Notes under the pieces: model-generated
The model's input: the letters and a program-made list of their open reading frames with translations, nothing else
Told to the model about the DNA's origin: nothing
Database searches by the model: none
Position numbers and translations under genes: made by a program
Assembly: GCA_963555985.3 (NCBI GenBank)
Contig: OY820591.1
Span: 2,848,001-2,912,000, forward strand
Direction of reading: 5' to 3'
Length of the DNA stretch: 64,000 nt
Source of the DNA: Dehalococcoidia bacterium
GTDB taxonomy: Bacteria > Chloroflexota > Dehalococcoidia > Bin125
In this document: positions 17,248-28,796 of the stretch, in pieces
Layout of the letters: every line of letters starts with the position of its first letter
How positions within the stretch are numbered: the first letter of the stretch is position 1

Positions 17248-19608
17248 GTGTCGCATCCGCCGCCGCGCCGATTTCACGCTATCACTGTAGCTGCCGCCTC
17301 GTATCTGGCCGTTGCGCTTTGCGGGCTGTTGCTGGTGATCGTGAGCGGGTGCGGCGGAGACGACGCGGAGCCTCAGCAGGCGGCTCAGGGGGAGCCGCCT
17401 GCGGCTGTTGAGCCCGAGGCTCCGGCGGTCGCCGACACGCAGGCAGTTGAACAGGTCTCGCCGCCGCAGACGCGGCCGCAGCGAACCGGGCGCGACCCGC
17501 TGTTGATCCAGATCGGTCAGGCAGAGGCGCTCGAAGGGAACGGGTATTGGGACGAGGCGGCGGCGCTGCGACAGGAGGTGCTGGACGCTCCGGCGCTGGT
17601 TGGGCTGATTGGAGTTGACGCTGCGCATCGGCTGCAACTCGATCAGGTTCGGCTATTGCTACGAATGCGGCGTCCGGGGGAGGCGGAGGCGGCGCTGTCT
17701 GCATTACCTCTGAATGCTCTCTCGCCGGAATTGGGGCGGCGTCATGCGCTCTTGTCGGCGTCGCTTGCGTTGGCGGTGAATGAGATTGACAAGGCGGTCA
17801 GCGCAGTCGAGCGGTATGTGGCTCTGGAAGGCGCGGCGGCGAGTTCGGCGTTGTTGGAGGTAGCGGAGCGGTTGGTCTCGATTGACGGCGCGGCTGCGAT
17901 TGGGCTGTTGGAGCGAGCCTTGGGCGATGATCTGTTGCCGCTCCAGGCGCGGCGGCGGGCGCTCTGGCTGATCGCACGCGGGTTGGACGATGCGGGCGAA
18001 GTGGAGGCTGCGCGTGGGCGATTTGAGCAATTCCACGAGGTCAGCGTGTACGAGCCGGATCGGGTCTACGCACTTTCAAGAATCGGGGCGCTCTCGGCTG
18101 ACTTGGGCGATGTTGAGGCGGCGGTCGCGGCCTGGAGGACGTTGGTAGCGGGATATCCCTCCTATCCGGCTGCCTGGGAGGCGTTGGACACGCTGCGCGC
18201 AGCGGGTGAGGTGGTGGATGACCTGACGGCGGGCATCGTGCTGATCGAGGCGGGCCGCTATCAAGAGGCGCGCAATACCATGCTGACGATCTTGGGCGAT
18301 CCGGCGGATTCCGGCGAAGCGGCGGCAGCCGAGTTCTACATCGCCGATATTCATCAGCGGCAAGAGAATTTCGACAGTGCGCGTCTGGGGTATGAGGCGA
18401 CGATTGGGCGCGATCCGTCGAGTGCAGTGGCGGCGGAGTCGCTGATGCGGCTGGCGGAATTCGCGTTGGCAGCCGGCGACGGCGACGGAGCAGAGCAGCG
18501 CTGGGAACGGGTCGTGCGGGAACACGCGGATTATGCACGGGCGGTTGAGGCGGCCTGGCGCTGGAGCTGGGCGGCGGTCGAACGAGGCGAATGGTCGGCG
18601 GCGGCTGAGCGATTTTTCGACGCCGAAGCTGTGGGTGCGGAGCTTTGGGGTGTAGAGACGCGGCAGCGGCTGTTGTTCTGGTCGGCGCTCGCGGCTGCGG
18701 AGGCGGGAGATGCCGCGAACGCGCGGGTGCAGGCGCGGCGCGTGATCGAGCTGGGGCCGGAGCGCTACTACGCGCTGCGGGCGGCGCTGTTGATTGATTT
18801 CGGTTGGCCGGCGCTGTATGTCGGGGAAGCTGCAGATTCGTGGTTGGCCGAGCAGACGGGAGAGCTTCCGGCGCTGGTGGGACTGGAAGAGATCGGGGGC
18901 TGGGCGGCGGCGCGTGAGCTCAGACTGGGGGGGTTCGACGACGCGGCGGACATGGTGTTGTCGGCCATGGTCGATCGGGCAGTCGGGGCCTGGGCGCTGT
19001 ACTCGCTGGCTGAGCAGTTCGCGGAAGCGGGTGAGTTCACTGCGTCGGCGCGCGCCGGATCGGCGCTGTTGAGGGTGTTGGAGGTGAGCTGGCCCGACGC
19101 TCCCGCAGCGATCGTGAAGCTGGCCTATCCGCGTCCCTGGTCGGAGTTGACGGCGCAGGTGGAAGGGCGGAACGACGTAGACCCGCTCCTGCTCATGGCG
19201 CTGATCCGGCGCGAGAGTTTCTATGACCCGGATGCGAGGGGGCTGGCGGGAGAGGTGGGATTGACTCAGGTGATTCCGTCGACGGGGGGCGATATCGCGT
19301 CGGGGTTGGGGCTGGAGTACGAGCATGAGGATTTGGCGCGTCCGCAGCTGGCGATTCGCTTTGGCGCGGCCTACCTGGGCTGGCAGCTGGAGGCGTTTGA
19401 GCGCACGGCGATCGCGCTGGCGGCCTATAACGCCGGCCCCGGCAATGCGTCGCGTTGGCTGGAGGAAGCGTCGGCGCTGCCGCTGTCGTCGTTGGAGGAC
19501 GCCTTTCTAGAGGTGATGTCTTTCCGCTCGACCCAGGCGTATGTGCGCTATGTGATCGAGTCGTGGGCGGTCTACTGGGCGCTGGCGGCGTTGGAGCAGG
19601 AACCATGA
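17248..19608 (+). CDS. TPR-repeat lipoprotein with C-terminal soluble lytic transglycosylase (SLT) domain
   Basis: VSG-C lipobox, helical repeats, and SLT motifs IRRES, GLTQV, AYNAG and TQAYV. The 5' part of the 16240 ORF is an antisense shadow of alr. Confidence 0.88.
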   Translation: MSHPPPRRFHAITVAAASYLAVALCGLLLVIVSGCGGDDAEPQQAAQGEPPAAVEPEAPAVADTQAVEQVSPPQTRPQRTGRDPLLIQIGQAEALEGNGYWDEAAALRQEVLDAPALVGLIGVDAAHRLQLDQVRLLLRMRRPGEAEAALSALPLNALSPELGRRHALLSASLALAVNEIDKAVSAVERYVALEGAAASSALLEVAERLVSIDGAAAIGLLERALGDDLLPLQARRRALWLIARGLDDAGEVEAARGRFEQFHEVSVYEPDRVYALSRIGALSADLGDVEAAVAAWRTLVAGYPSYPAAWEALDTLRAAGEVVDDLTAGIVLIEAGRYQEARNTMLTILGDPADSGEAAAAEFYIADIHQRQENFDSARLGYEATIGRDPSSAVAAESLMRLAEFALAAGDGDGAEQRWERVVREHADYARAVEAAWRWSWAAVERGEWSAAAERFFDAEAVGAELWGVETRQRLLFWSALAAAEAGDAANARVQARRVIELGPERYYALRAALLIDFGWPALYVGEAADSWLAEQTGELPALVGLEEIGGWAAARELRLGGFDDAADMVLSAMVDRAVGAWALYSLAEQFAEAGEFTASARAGSALLRVLEVSWPDAPAAIVKLAYPRPWSELTAQVEGRNDVDPLLLMALIRRESFYDPDARGLAGEVGLTQVIPSTGGDIASGLGLEYEHEDLARPQLAIRFGAAYLGWQLEAFERTAIALAAYNAGPGNASRWLEEASALPLSSLEDAFLEVMSFRSTQAYVRYVIESWAVYWALAALEQEP

Positions 19609-19765
19609 ATGAGGGTGCGAGTTGCGAGCGTTGTCTCAGGCGCGGTTGTGTGGCGCATGGGCGTCCGTATACTGAGAATTCGAGTTACCACGATGCCCAC
19701 CGGCGGTCGCTGCGCGCCCCTGTTCTCTGTCCTGTAGCGCAGACCGCGATGTGTGGAGGGAATTG

Positions 19766-19906
19766 ATGCCAAAACGCACCTATCAGCCGAAGCGGATTCC
19801 GCGCAAGCGGGAGCATGGCTTTCGCAAGCGGATGTCCAGCCGCGGCGGCCGGGCCGTGCTCAAGCGCCGGCGCGCGCGCGGCCGCAGACGTCTGACGGTC
19901 GTCTGA
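19766..19906 (+). CDS. rpmH: 50S ribosomal protein L34 (not in ORF track)
   Basis: [46 protein letters not shown]; GGAGG RBS. Confidence 0.98.
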   Translation: MPKRTYQPKRIPRKREHGFRKRMSSRGGRAVLKRRRARGRRRLTVV

Positions 19907-19957
19907 GCGCGGCCCGACGGTGCCGCGCCGCCGCGATTCCGGCGCGGACACAGCTTC

Positions 19958-20314
19958 ATGCGCCGCGAGCAACGACTCCAGCGCCGCCGAGACTTCGATG
20001 CCGTCTTTCGGGACGGCGTGCGCATCTCGCGGGGCGTACTGTCGCTGCGAGTCTTGGAGCGCGGGGATGATGCGCCGAGCCGCTTCGGTTTCGCGATCAG
20101 TTCGCGCCTGGGCAGCGCGGTCGTGCGCAACCGCATCCGTCGCCGCTTGCGCGAATCCGCCCGCCGGATCGAGGCGCGAGGACTGGATGTCGTGGTGATC
20201 GCCCGTGAAGGCGCAGGCCAAGCGAGTTATCAAGAGTTGGATCGAACCTTGACACAGCTGCTTCGCCGAATCCGTGAGCGACCGTCACGCCGTCGCCCTC
20301 GAGGGGATAGGTGA
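19958..20314 (+). CDS. rnpA: Ribonuclease P protein component
   Basis: RL..RRDF..VF..G, RFGFAIS and [15 protein letters not shown] (RNR motif). Confidence 0.96.
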   Translation: MRREQRLQRRRDFDAVFRDGVRISRGVLSLRVLERGDDAPSRFGFAISSRLGSAVVRNRIRRRLRESARRIEARGLDVVVIAREGAGQASYQELDRTLTQLLRRIRERPSRRRPRGDR

Positions 20315-20571
20315 ACGTGACCCTGCTCACTCGCGCGTTGACCCTCCTGCTGCGCGGCTATCAGCTCGCTCTCTCGCCCTTCTTCGCTGCGCTGGGTTCG
20401 CAGTGCCGCTTCGAGCCGTCTTGCTCTCAGTACATGATCGACGCCGTCGAATCGCGCGGCCCGCTGGTCGGCACGGCGCTCGGCGTTTGGCGCATTCTGC
20501 GCTGCAATCCCTTCAATTCCGGCGGCTACGACCCCGCCCCCTCCGCATCCGGACGTTCGAGCCGTATATGA
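20311..20571 (+). CDS. yidD: Membrane protein insertion efficiency factor YidD
   Basis: [25 protein letters not shown] and GGYDP motifs. Confidence 0.96.
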   Translation: MNVTLLTRALTLLLRGYQLALSPFFAALGSQCRFEPSCSQYMIDAVESRGPLVGTALGVWRILRCNPFNSGGYDPAPSASGRSSRI

Positions 20572-21761
20572 CACGCTTCCACCCGCTGCCGCTGATCCGT
20601 CGCCGCTTCCTGCTGGTTCTGGCGCTGCTCCTGGCCTTGCCGCTGATCGCCGCCTGCGATGTCGCCGACCAGCCCGACGGCTGGGGCGCGCCCACGCCGG
20701 ATCCGATGGAACCGGAGACCCAGCTGCTGGTACCCACCGGCGGCGACCGCGTGATCGCGGTGCGCTTCATCGACCAGACGCTCGGCGCGGCGGTCTGGCA
20801 ATTCCCCGACGAGGACAATCAATTCCCCGGCCTGGACGAGGAGATCAAGCCGGTCGCGTTCTATGCCGATCCGGTCTGGTCGCCCTTCACTGACGAGTGG
20901 CTGCTTGCGGGCTATCAGGACGGTACCGTCTACGCCGTCCGGCGCGACGGTGAGAGCGCGCGGGTGCTCTTCAGCACCGAGGCGCGGATCGTGGCTAACC
21001 TGATCCTGGATGACGACCGCATCTACATCGCTGATACCGCTTACCGCGTTCATGCCGTGGGCTTGGAACAACCGGAGACGACGATCTGGATGTGGGAAGG
21101 CGACTCCGATCGGCAGATCTGGAGCGCGCCTGCACTGGTGGAGACGGCTCGTGGACGACTGTTGGTCGTGGCCGGACTGGACGGACGGGTGACGGCGCTG
21201 ACGGTTGACGGAGACGAGCCCGGCTCGGAGGTGTGGAGCTTCGAGGCCGAGGCCGCGATCGCCGGTTCGCTCACCGCCGCCGACGGGATTGTCTATGTGG
21301 GCGGATTTGATCGCGTCTTCTACGCGCTTGATGCGGCATCGGGGACGATGATCTGGAGCGCGGAAGGATCGCACTGGTTCTGGTCGACGCCGCTGATCCA
21401 TGAGGGCACCGTGTTCGTGGCAGATTTGCGCGGCAATGTCTACGCCTGGGACGCGAGGAACGGCGCTGAGCGCTGGCTCACGCCCTATGAGGCCAACGAC
21501 CGCATTCGCACGCAGCCGCTGATCGCGGCTCGCGGCGAAGGGGCGGCGGTGTTGATTCTCGTCTCGCGCGACGGCACGGTGCATCAGCTCAATGCATCCG
21601 ACGGAACGGCGCTGCGGCGTTTCAACGTCTCGGGCGCCAAAGACCTGATGGCAGACGCGATCCTGCGCGAGGATCGCATCCTGATCAGCGATGAAGACGG
21701 ATCACTCTACGCGGTTCTGTTAGGCGCGAATCAGGCCGAGCGGCTCTGGCCGCAGGGCTAG
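20568..21761 (+). CDS. PQQ-like (BamB-type) beta-propeller lipoprotein
   Basis: RRRFLL N-terminus, LIAA-C lipobox, and repeated Trp-docking blades ([24 protein letters not shown]); ATGA overlap with yidD. Confidence 0.88.
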   Translation: MTRFHPLPLIRRRFLLVLALLLALPLIAACDVADQPDGWGAPTPDPMEPETQLLVPTGGDRVIAVRFIDQTLGAAVWQFPDEDNQFPGLDEEIKPVAFYADPVWSPFTDEWLLAGYQDGTVYAVRRDGESARVLFSTEARIVANLILDDDRIYIADTAYRVHAVGLEQPETTIWMWEGDSDRQIWSAPALVETARGRLLVVAGLDGRVTALTVDGDEPGSEVWSFEAEAAIAGSLTAADGIVYVGGFDRVFYALDAASGTMIWSAEGSHWFWSTPLIHEGTVFVADLRGNVYAWDARNGAERWLTPYEANDRIRTQPLIAARGEGAAVLILVSRDGTVHQLNASDGTALRRFNVSGAKDLMADAILREDRILISDEDGSLYAVLLGANQAERLWPQG

Positions 21762-21798
21762 CGCGCATGAGTACGACGGGCGACAGGCAGCTTCCCTG

Positions 21799-22785
21799 AT
21801 GGACATCTTCGACTTCATCTGGAACGACATTCTGATTGGCCCGATCATGAACGGGCTGATCGCGATCGCCAACGCTGTTGACGGCAACTATGGGGTTGCG
21901 ATCATTCTCTTCACGATTCTCGTGCGGATCATCACTTATCCGCTCACCTTGCGGCAGTTGCGGGCGACACGCTCGATGCAGGAAATGCAGCCGCGGATGC
22001 AGGAGATCCAGAAGAAGTACAAGGATCCCAAGCGCCGCCAAGAAGAGTTGATGAAGGTCTATCGGGAGGCCGGATTCAACCCGCTCGGCTGTCTCTGGCC
22101 GCTGCTGGTGCAGATGCCGATCTGGATCGCGCTCTACCAGGTCTTGCGGCGGACGCTGGGAGACACGCCCGAGCAGTTGCTGCGGCTTTCGAGCGATCTC
22201 TACGACTGGGCGTTCATCACCAGCGCGATCCCGATCAACCGCGATTTCCTCTTCTGGGATTTGGGCTCGTCGTCGTTGGAGCAGTCGCTGCCGCTGGCGA
22301 TTTTGGTCGGTGTGACGGCCTACATCCAGCAGAAGGTATCGACGGCGCGGATGGGCGTGCAGGATGAACGCTCGCAGTCGATGAACCGCACGATGTTGTG
22401 GATGATGCCGTTCATGTTCGGATTCTTCACGCTCCAGGTGCCGGCCGGGTTGGGTATCTACTGGCTGGTAACGAGCGTGTTCACGATTCTGACCTCGTGG
22501 TGGTACTACTTCTACCGCCCCGGCATTCCCTGGTCTTGGAAGTGGCTGCTCTCGTCGGAGCCGCTGCCTGCGCCCGCTTCGGCGGTCAGCGGCGGCGGTT
22601 CGGTGGCGGCCAGCCGCACAGAACATGATTCGGAGGAGCAGGACGCAGACGAGGAGGCGGAACCCGCGCGGCCGCAGCGCAGCAGTCAGCGGCGGGGTTC
22701 CACAAGCGCCGCGCGCCGGAGGAGACGCCGGCGGCGGCAGGCCAACCGCGCCGCTTCGCGTCCGCGCCGCTCCGCAGACAGCTGA
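21799..22785 (+). CDS. yidC: YidC/Oxa1 membrane protein insertase (short monoderm type)
   Basis: GVAIILFTILVR...PL, MQ..QP....IQKKY, NPLGCL.P.LVQMPI and PAGLGIYW motifs; Arg-rich C-terminal tail. Confidence 0.96.
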   Translation: MDIFDFIWNDILIGPIMNGLIAIANAVDGNYGVAIILFTILVRIITYPLTLRQLRATRSMQEMQPRMQEIQKKYKDPKRRQEELMKVYREAGFNPLGCLWPLLVQMPIWIALYQVLRRTLGDTPEQLLRLSSDLYDWAFITSAIPINRDFLFWDLGSSSLEQSLPLAILVGVTAYIQQKVSTARMGVQDERSQSMNRTMLWMMPFMFGFFTLQVPAGLGIYWLVTSVFTILTSWWYYFYRPGIPWSWKWLLSSEPLPAPASAVSGGGSVAASRTEHDSEEQDADEEAEPARPQRSSQRRGSTSAARRRRRRRRQANRAASRPRRSADS

Positions 22786-22797
22786 GGGCATGACACT

Positions 22798-23841
22798 ATG
22801 GCACGAAACACGATTGAACAATCCGGCCGCACCGTTGATGACGCCGTTCAGACGGCGTTACAGAAGCTCGGCCTGAACCGCACCCAAGTCGAGGTTGAGG
22901 TGGTTGCGGAAGGGCGGGCCGGAATTGGCCCGATCGGTCACCGACCGGCAGTAGTGCGGGTGACGCCTTTGGAGGCGGACGGCGCAGCCGAACCCGGCTC
23001 GAGCTCGGATCAACGCGCCCCCTTGCCTCGAATCGACGATTACGCCGATCCGACCGAGCTCGATCCGGCGCGGCGCGGCGCGGCGCGGGAGGGTCCGCGC
23101 CGTCGCGGTCGGCAACGCGCGGCTGAGCGCGAGAGCCAACCCGAAGCGCAGCCCGATCACCGGCAGCGTTCGCGCCCGCGCCAGGTGGTGCAGCCGAGCG
23201 GCGAGCGGCGGGGACGCCGGGCCGTGAATCGCGAGCATCAGGGCGGCGAGGGCTCGCGTCGTTCCGACCGTCGCCGCAGCGGCTCACGGCCGGCGCCGCG
23301 CGAGCCGCTGCCACCGTTTGAGCTGCTAGCCGACCCGGACTATGAGCCGAACGAGGATCCGAGGCAGTTTGCGGTCGAATTACTGACCGACATCGTGCAT
23401 CAGCTGGGGTTTGACGTTGAGGTAGTCGCGCGTGATCCCGAAACGCCGATGGACGGCTTGAATCACGCGGTGGCGGTGCTGGATGTGAATGCGGTTGGGG
23501 GCGAAGACTTGGGTCTGTTGATCGGTCGGCACGGATCGCATGTAGCGGCGTTGCAATATCTGGTTAACGTGATCCTCTCGCGCGCGGTTGAGGGCAATCA
23601 TCCGATCACGGTTGATGTGGACGGCTACCGCCGCCGGCGCGAGACGGCGCTGGTCGAAATGGCCCAGCGCGCGGCGGGGGAGGTGCGGGAATTCGGCGAA
23701 GCGGTTGAGTTGGCGGCGATGCCGGCGGCCGAGCGGCGGATTATCCACTTGCAAATTCAGGACGATCCTGAATTGCAAACCCATTCCGTGGGCGAAGGGG
23801 CTTCGCGTCGGGTCCGCATTCTGTACCGTGAGGACGGCTGA
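22798..23841 (+). CDS. jag: Jag/KhpB (EloR) RNA-binding protein
   Basis: Jag_N (GRTVDDAV..AL..L), KH domain with IGRHG, and R3H (ERRIIH). Confidence 0.93.
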   Translation: MARNTIEQSGRTVDDAVQTALQKLGLNRTQVEVEVVAEGRAGIGPIGHRPAVVRVTPLEADGAAEPGSSSDQRAPLPRIDDYADPTELDPARRGAAREGPRRRGRQRAAERESQPEAQPDHRQRSRPRQVVQPSGERRGRRAVNREHQGGEGSRRSDRRRSGSRPAPREPLPPFELLADPDYEPNEDPRQFAVELLTDIVHQLGFDVEVVARDPETPMDGLNHAVAVLDVNAVGGEDLGLLIGRHGSHVAALQYLVNVILSRAVEGNHPITVDVDGYRRRRETALVEMAQRAAGEVREFGEAVELAAMPAAERRIIHLQIQDDPELQTHSVGEGASRRVRILYREDG

Positions 23842-23863
23842 TTGAGGCAAGGGGCGGTGTGCG

Positions 23864-24642
<779 letters not shown>

Positions 24643-24646
<4 letters not shown>

Positions 24647-25545
24647 GTTCGGCGTCGGGGTCTGATTCGCGCGAGCCGCCTCCGCTGCCTCAAGCGCCCC
24701 GGGGAGCGGCGCGCGGGAGCCTGGGTCGGGGACTGGATACATTGCTGCCGGCTGCGGCGGAGTCAAGCGGGGCGGCGCTCGAAGTCCCGCTGGAGGCGAT
24801 CGATCCCAATCCCGACCAGCCGCGCCAACAGATCGATCCGGATGGGCTGGAATCGCTGGCGGCAAGCATTCGTGAGCACGGGGTGGTGCAGCCGTTGGTG
24901 GTACGGCCAAGATCAGCCGGCCGCTATCAGCTGATTGCGGGAGAACGCCGCTGGCGCGCAGCGCGGCTGGCGCAACTGAGCACCGTGCCGGTGATCGTCT
25001 CCGAAGCGCCCTCGGAAGATCGGCTGACGCTTGCGCTGGTCGAGAATTTGCAGCGCGAAGACCTGAATCCGATTGAGGCGGCGCGGGCGTTCGCGGAGCT
25101 GGCGGAGCGGGGCTGGAGCCAGCGCCGGATCGCCGAGCGCATTGGCAAGAGTCGATCCGCCGTCGCCAATCAGATGCGCCTCTTGCAGTTGCCGGACGGG
25201 TTACAGGAACAGGTCGTCAAAGGAGCGCTGAGCGAAGGTCACGCCCGCGCGCTGTTGCTCGCGCCCGAAGCGGAGCGGGAACGGCTGGCAGAGGCGGCAA
25301 TCGAGGAGGGGCTGTCGGTGCGGGCGCTGGAAGAGCGGGCGCGGACTGAAGTGATTCCGCGGGAAGATTCGCCGCCTTCGCTGCCGCGACCACTGTCGGA
25401 GGACTTTGCTCCGCTGGCAAAGCAGCTCAGCGAGGCGCTGGATACGCGCGTACTGGTGCGCCGTGGCGTGCGCGGGGGCCGGATTGTGATCCATTGGGAC
25501 GATCTGCATCAGGTCGAAGAGATCCTCAGGCGGCTGCGGCGGTAG
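24643..25545 (+). CDS. parB: ParB/Spo0J partition protein
   Basis: LGRGL, PNPDQPR, IAGERRWRAA, ENLQREDLNPIE and the GKSRSAVAN HTH. Confidence 0.96.
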
Positions 25546-25554
25546 CCGAGGATC

Positions 25555-26958
25555 TCAGGTTCCCTCAGCTTCGTCCTGACTGTTTGGTTGATTTTGCCTG
25601 TTGCTCTGGCCGGTACGCCTTCGCCGCTGCCGGCGGCGCTTTGGCGGCTTCTGAGCGGCGGACTGGCTTGTGTCTGCGCTATCGGGGGATTGCTCCGGTG
25701 TTGCGCCGTCGCCTGGATTGACGACTCGCGCGCGGCGTCGGCGTTGGCGGCCGCGGCTTCGCGGTTTGGCGGCTGATTCCTCGCTCTGGTTGGCCGGTTC
25801 CGGCTGCTTGGCGGCGGCCTGAGTCTCGCCGTCAGCGGAGACGCGCCGTTGGGAGCGTCGGCGTTGGCGGCCGCGGCGCGGTTTCTTGGGCGTGGGCGAC
25901 TCGGCGGGGGGTTCGGCGGTCGTTTCGCTGGCGGTCTCAGTAGGCGCAGCTGCGCGGCGAAGCGCTTCGGCTTCTTGGGCGGCGCGTTCTTCCGCCTCGA
26001 TCAGCGCTTGATTGGGAGCATCCTCGGTGCGCACAGCGAGGCCGATCTCGGCAGCCGGCACATCCACCCGTTGGGCGTGATCGTCCAGCGCGATCGTGAC
26101 CTTCTGCTGCAAGATGTCCAGCTTGATCACTTTGCCCATGCCGACTGGGGTGCTGACCCGCTTGCCCAGCTTGGGCAGGGTGCCGCGCATTTCGCGGTAG
26201 GTCTCGTGCTCGAAAGTGAGGCAGCAGAGCAGCCGCCCGCAGACGCCGGAGATGGCGTCGGGGTTGAGCGAGAGGTTCTGATCTTTGGCGACGCGAATGC
26301 CGACTTTGGGGAAGGTGGTCATCCAGGACGAGCAGCAGAGCCGCAGGCCGCAGATGTCGTAGCCGTCGACCAGCTTGGCGCGGTCGCGCTGGTGCACGAG
26401 TTGCATGTGCAGACGGATGTCGTAGCGCTCTTCGATTTCGCGGACAAGATCGCGGAAGTCGACATGATCCGGGGCCTGGAAGTGAGCGTTGCCCTGATCT
26501 CCGTCCAGGGTGAGTTCGACCGCGACGGGGTAGAGGCCGAGTGCTTCGCGGACGGCGGCGACGCGCATGTCGTGCAGGATCTCGTCGGCGCGTTGCTGCT
26601 GATCGGCGGCGCGGTCGCGATCGTCGGCGTTGGCGAGGCGCAGGATTGAGCGCACTCCTCGCGGGCGACGGCTCGAGCGGGGACGGTCTTCGTCGTCGGG
26701 AACGGTGACCACGCGCGCCATCTGTTCGCCGCGCCCGGCGTCGACGACCACGTAGTCGCCCACGTAGACCTGACCATGCGGTGCGCTGAAGTGATAGATG
26801 CGGGCGGCTTCGCGCAGGCGCACGCCGATGACGACTTCATCCCAGGCCTCGGGTTCCTGAACGGCAACGGGCGCGTCAGAAGTAGAGTCGTCGTTTGGCG
26901 CTGTTTCGTGGGGTTCGCTTGGCGGGTCGGTCAGAACGTCGTCGTACGACGGAGGCAT
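25555..26958 (-). CDS. ricT: PSP1/RicT (YaaT) family protein with long Arg-rich tail
   Basis: VDFRDLV, ICGLRLCC, AKDQNLSLNP..ISGVCGRLLCCL..E motifs; downstream of holB. Confidence 0.9.
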   Translation of the reverse strand: MPPSYDDVLTDPPSEPHETAPNDDSTSDAPVAVQEPEAWDEVVIGVRLREAARIYHFSAPHGQVYVGDYVVVDAGRGEQMARVVTVPDDEDRPRSSRRPRGVRSILRLANADDRDRAADQQQRADEILHDMRVAAVREALGLYPVAVELTLDGDQGNAHFQAPDHVDFRDLVREIEERYDIRLHMQLVHQRDRAKLVDGYDICGLRLCCSSWMTTFPKVGIRVAKDQNLSLNPDAISGVCGRLLCCLTFEHETYREMRGTLPKLGKRVSTPVGMGKVIKLDILQQKVTIALDDHAQRVDVPAAEIGLAVRTEDAPNQALIEAEERAAQEAEALRRAAAPTETASETTAEPPAESPTPKKPRRGRQRRRSQRRVSADGETQAAAKQPEPANQSEESAAKPRSRGRQRRRRARVVNPGDGATPEQSPDSADTSQSAAQKPPKRRRQRRRRTGQSNRQNQPNSQDEAEGT

Positions 26959-26972
26959 GGCGTCTCCGATGA

Positions 26973-28061
26973 TTAGCGCGCGGCCGGAATGCGCAGGAGC
27001 AGCACTTCGAGCGCGAGTCGTGGGTTGCCGCCGAAGTCGGCGGCGTGGTGAATCTGTTGGCGGGTGGTCCGGATCGCTTCGAGGAAGCGGCTGACCTCCT
27101 CTGGAGAGTAACGGGAGGCTTCGCTTGCGATCTGTTCTCGGTGTGTGGCGTGGACAAGATCGTTGTCGCGGCCCTCAGCGGCGAGCCAGAGGTCGCGCCA
27201 CCAATCGCTCCAGACGTCAAGCACGAGGTCGAGATTGTCGACAGTGTCGCGCGTCGCTCTGCCCCGCCCCACGAGTTGTTCCGCCCAGCTCAAGCGCTCG
27301 GCTCGGCTGGACCGGGCCAATTCCGCGGCCGTCGCAATTTGGGCGCGGCGCATGATCAGCGGATCACCCTCGCGCAGTTCCGACTCCAACCAACTGCTGC
27401 GCCCCCGCGCCAGCCGCAGCAGTTCCCGCCGCGCATCCGGATCGGCAGGGACGGACTCGCCAATCCGCTCCAGCCAGCGCTCAATCCGCTCGTTCGAGAG
27501 CGGAGCCAGCGCCAGCGTGCGGCAGCGCGAGCGGATGGTCTCGGAGATCATGTTCTCCTGCGCGCTGAGCAGGAGGAAGTGGACACCCGCGGGCGGCTCT
27601 TCGAGCGTCTTGAGGAAGGCGTCGGAAGCGTCTCCGGTCATCGCCTCAGCGGGATCGATGATGCAGATGCGGCGGTCGCCCTCAAAGGGTTTGATCGAGG
27701 TGGCGTGCTCGATCCGCCGGATGACGCAGATACCGATCGTGCGCGTATTGCGGTGATCATGATCGGCGACGGCGCAGAGGCCACCGGGCGAAATGATCTC
27801 CACATCGGCGTGTTGGAGTTCGCGCGTCGGCTCATCCGGATCATGGATGCGTCGGCAGGGCCGGCACTGACGACAAGGCGGCTGTTCGTCGGTGCAGACC
27901 AGAGCCTGCGCGATCCGCAGGGCCAGGTCGCGTTTGCCAACGCCGGCCGGACCCGTGATCAGCAGAGCGTGAGGCAGGCGGCCGCTGTCGAAGATCGCGC
28001 TCAGGGTGCGTCCGGCCAAGGCGTCGCCGTGCGCGCCCCAGCGTTCGATCAAGTCGTGCAT
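26973..28061 (-). CDS. holB: DNA polymerase III subunit delta'
   Basis: HALLITGPAGVGK, Cys zinc module, FLKTLEEPP and TIRSRC motifs. Confidence 0.92.
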   Translation of the reverse strand: MHDLIERWGAHGDALAGRTLSAIFDSGRLPHALLITGPAGVGKRDLALRIAQALVCTDEQPPCRQCRPCRRIHDPDEPTRELQHADVEIISPGGLCAVADHDHRNTRTIGICVIRRIEHATSIKPFEGDRRICIIDPAEAMTGDASDAFLKTLEEPPAGVHFLLLSAQENMISETIRSRCRTLALAPLSNERIERWLERIGESVPADPDARRELLRLARGRSSWLESELREGDPLIMRRAQIATAAELARSSRAERLSWAEQLVGRGRATRDTVDNLDLVLDVWSDWWRDLWLAAEGRDNDLVHATHREQIASEASRYSPEEVSRFLEAIRTTRQQIHHAADFGGNPRLALEVLLLRIPAAR

Positions 28062-28070
28062 ACAGCGACT

Positions 28071-28796
28071 CTATCTGGTCGCTGGGGGATCGTCCTCCAG
28101 CTGTCTCAGCTGGGCTTCCAACTCACGCACCCGCGCTTCCGCCGCGATTCTCGCCTCCTGCTCGGCGAGGAGCTGCTCGCGGGTGCTGTCGAAGGTGGGG
28201 ATGTGTTTCCCGGTCTGCGGGTCGTACCAACCCAGTGTTCCCTGCTCCCAGCGCAGCCACAGCCCGAGCACTGCGCTCTCGCCCTGCAAGACGTCGGGCG
28301 ACAACTCGACGATCGAGATCGGCTCGTAGCGGTCGCCCGCTAGCCGATCCCCGGCCAAGCGCGTGCCGTGCGACTCGCCGGTGTTGTCGAAGCGCCAGTA
28401 CTCGCGCACGCCCAGGGCGGCATAGTCGCGCCGTTTGTCGATGGTGTCGACCGTCGCCGTGCTAGGCGAAGCGACCTCGAGGATGAAGTCGGGCGGCTTG
28501 CCCTGATCGGAGATCACGTAACCGTTCTGCTCGCTATAGAGGGCGGGATCCACGTCGAAGGCGATCATCAGGTCGGGGCGGCGTAGGGGTCGGTAGCCCG
28601 GATGGGCGGCGATCCAACGCTCGGCCGTGACCAGAGTCGATTCGGGTCGCCCGAAGTGGCGCGCCAGGTGCATCGTCTGGCCGGGCCCGTGAACATGGTC
28701 GATCGAGGTCACTTCGTCCGGCTCACGCTCCGGCGGGTCCGGCAGGCGGAAGCGGACCAGCGTGGTTGTCGCGGCGTTCGCATCAGTGGTAGCCAT
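28071..28796 (-). CDS. Uma2 (DUF820) family PD-(D/E)XK endonuclease
   Basis: RPDL, PPDFILEVASPST...D...KR.DYAALGVREYWRFD and a C-terminal AEARVRELEAQLR coiled coil. Confidence 0.9.
   Translation of the reverse strand: MATTDANAATTTLVRFRLPDPPEREPDEVTSIDHVHGPGQTMHLARHFGRPESTLVTAERWIAAHPGYRPLRRPDLMIAFDVDPALYSEQNGYVISDQGKPPDFILEVASPSTATVDTIDKRRDYAALGVREYWRFDNTGESHGTRLAGDRLAGDRYEPISIVELSPDVLQGESAVLGLWLRWEQGTLGWYDPQTGKHIPTFDSTREQLLAEQEARIAAEARVRELEAQLRQLEDDPPATR

Noticed and set aside
23741-23749. DnaA-box-like TTATCCACT
   Set aside because: A single 8/9 match inside the jag coding sequence, with no cluster.
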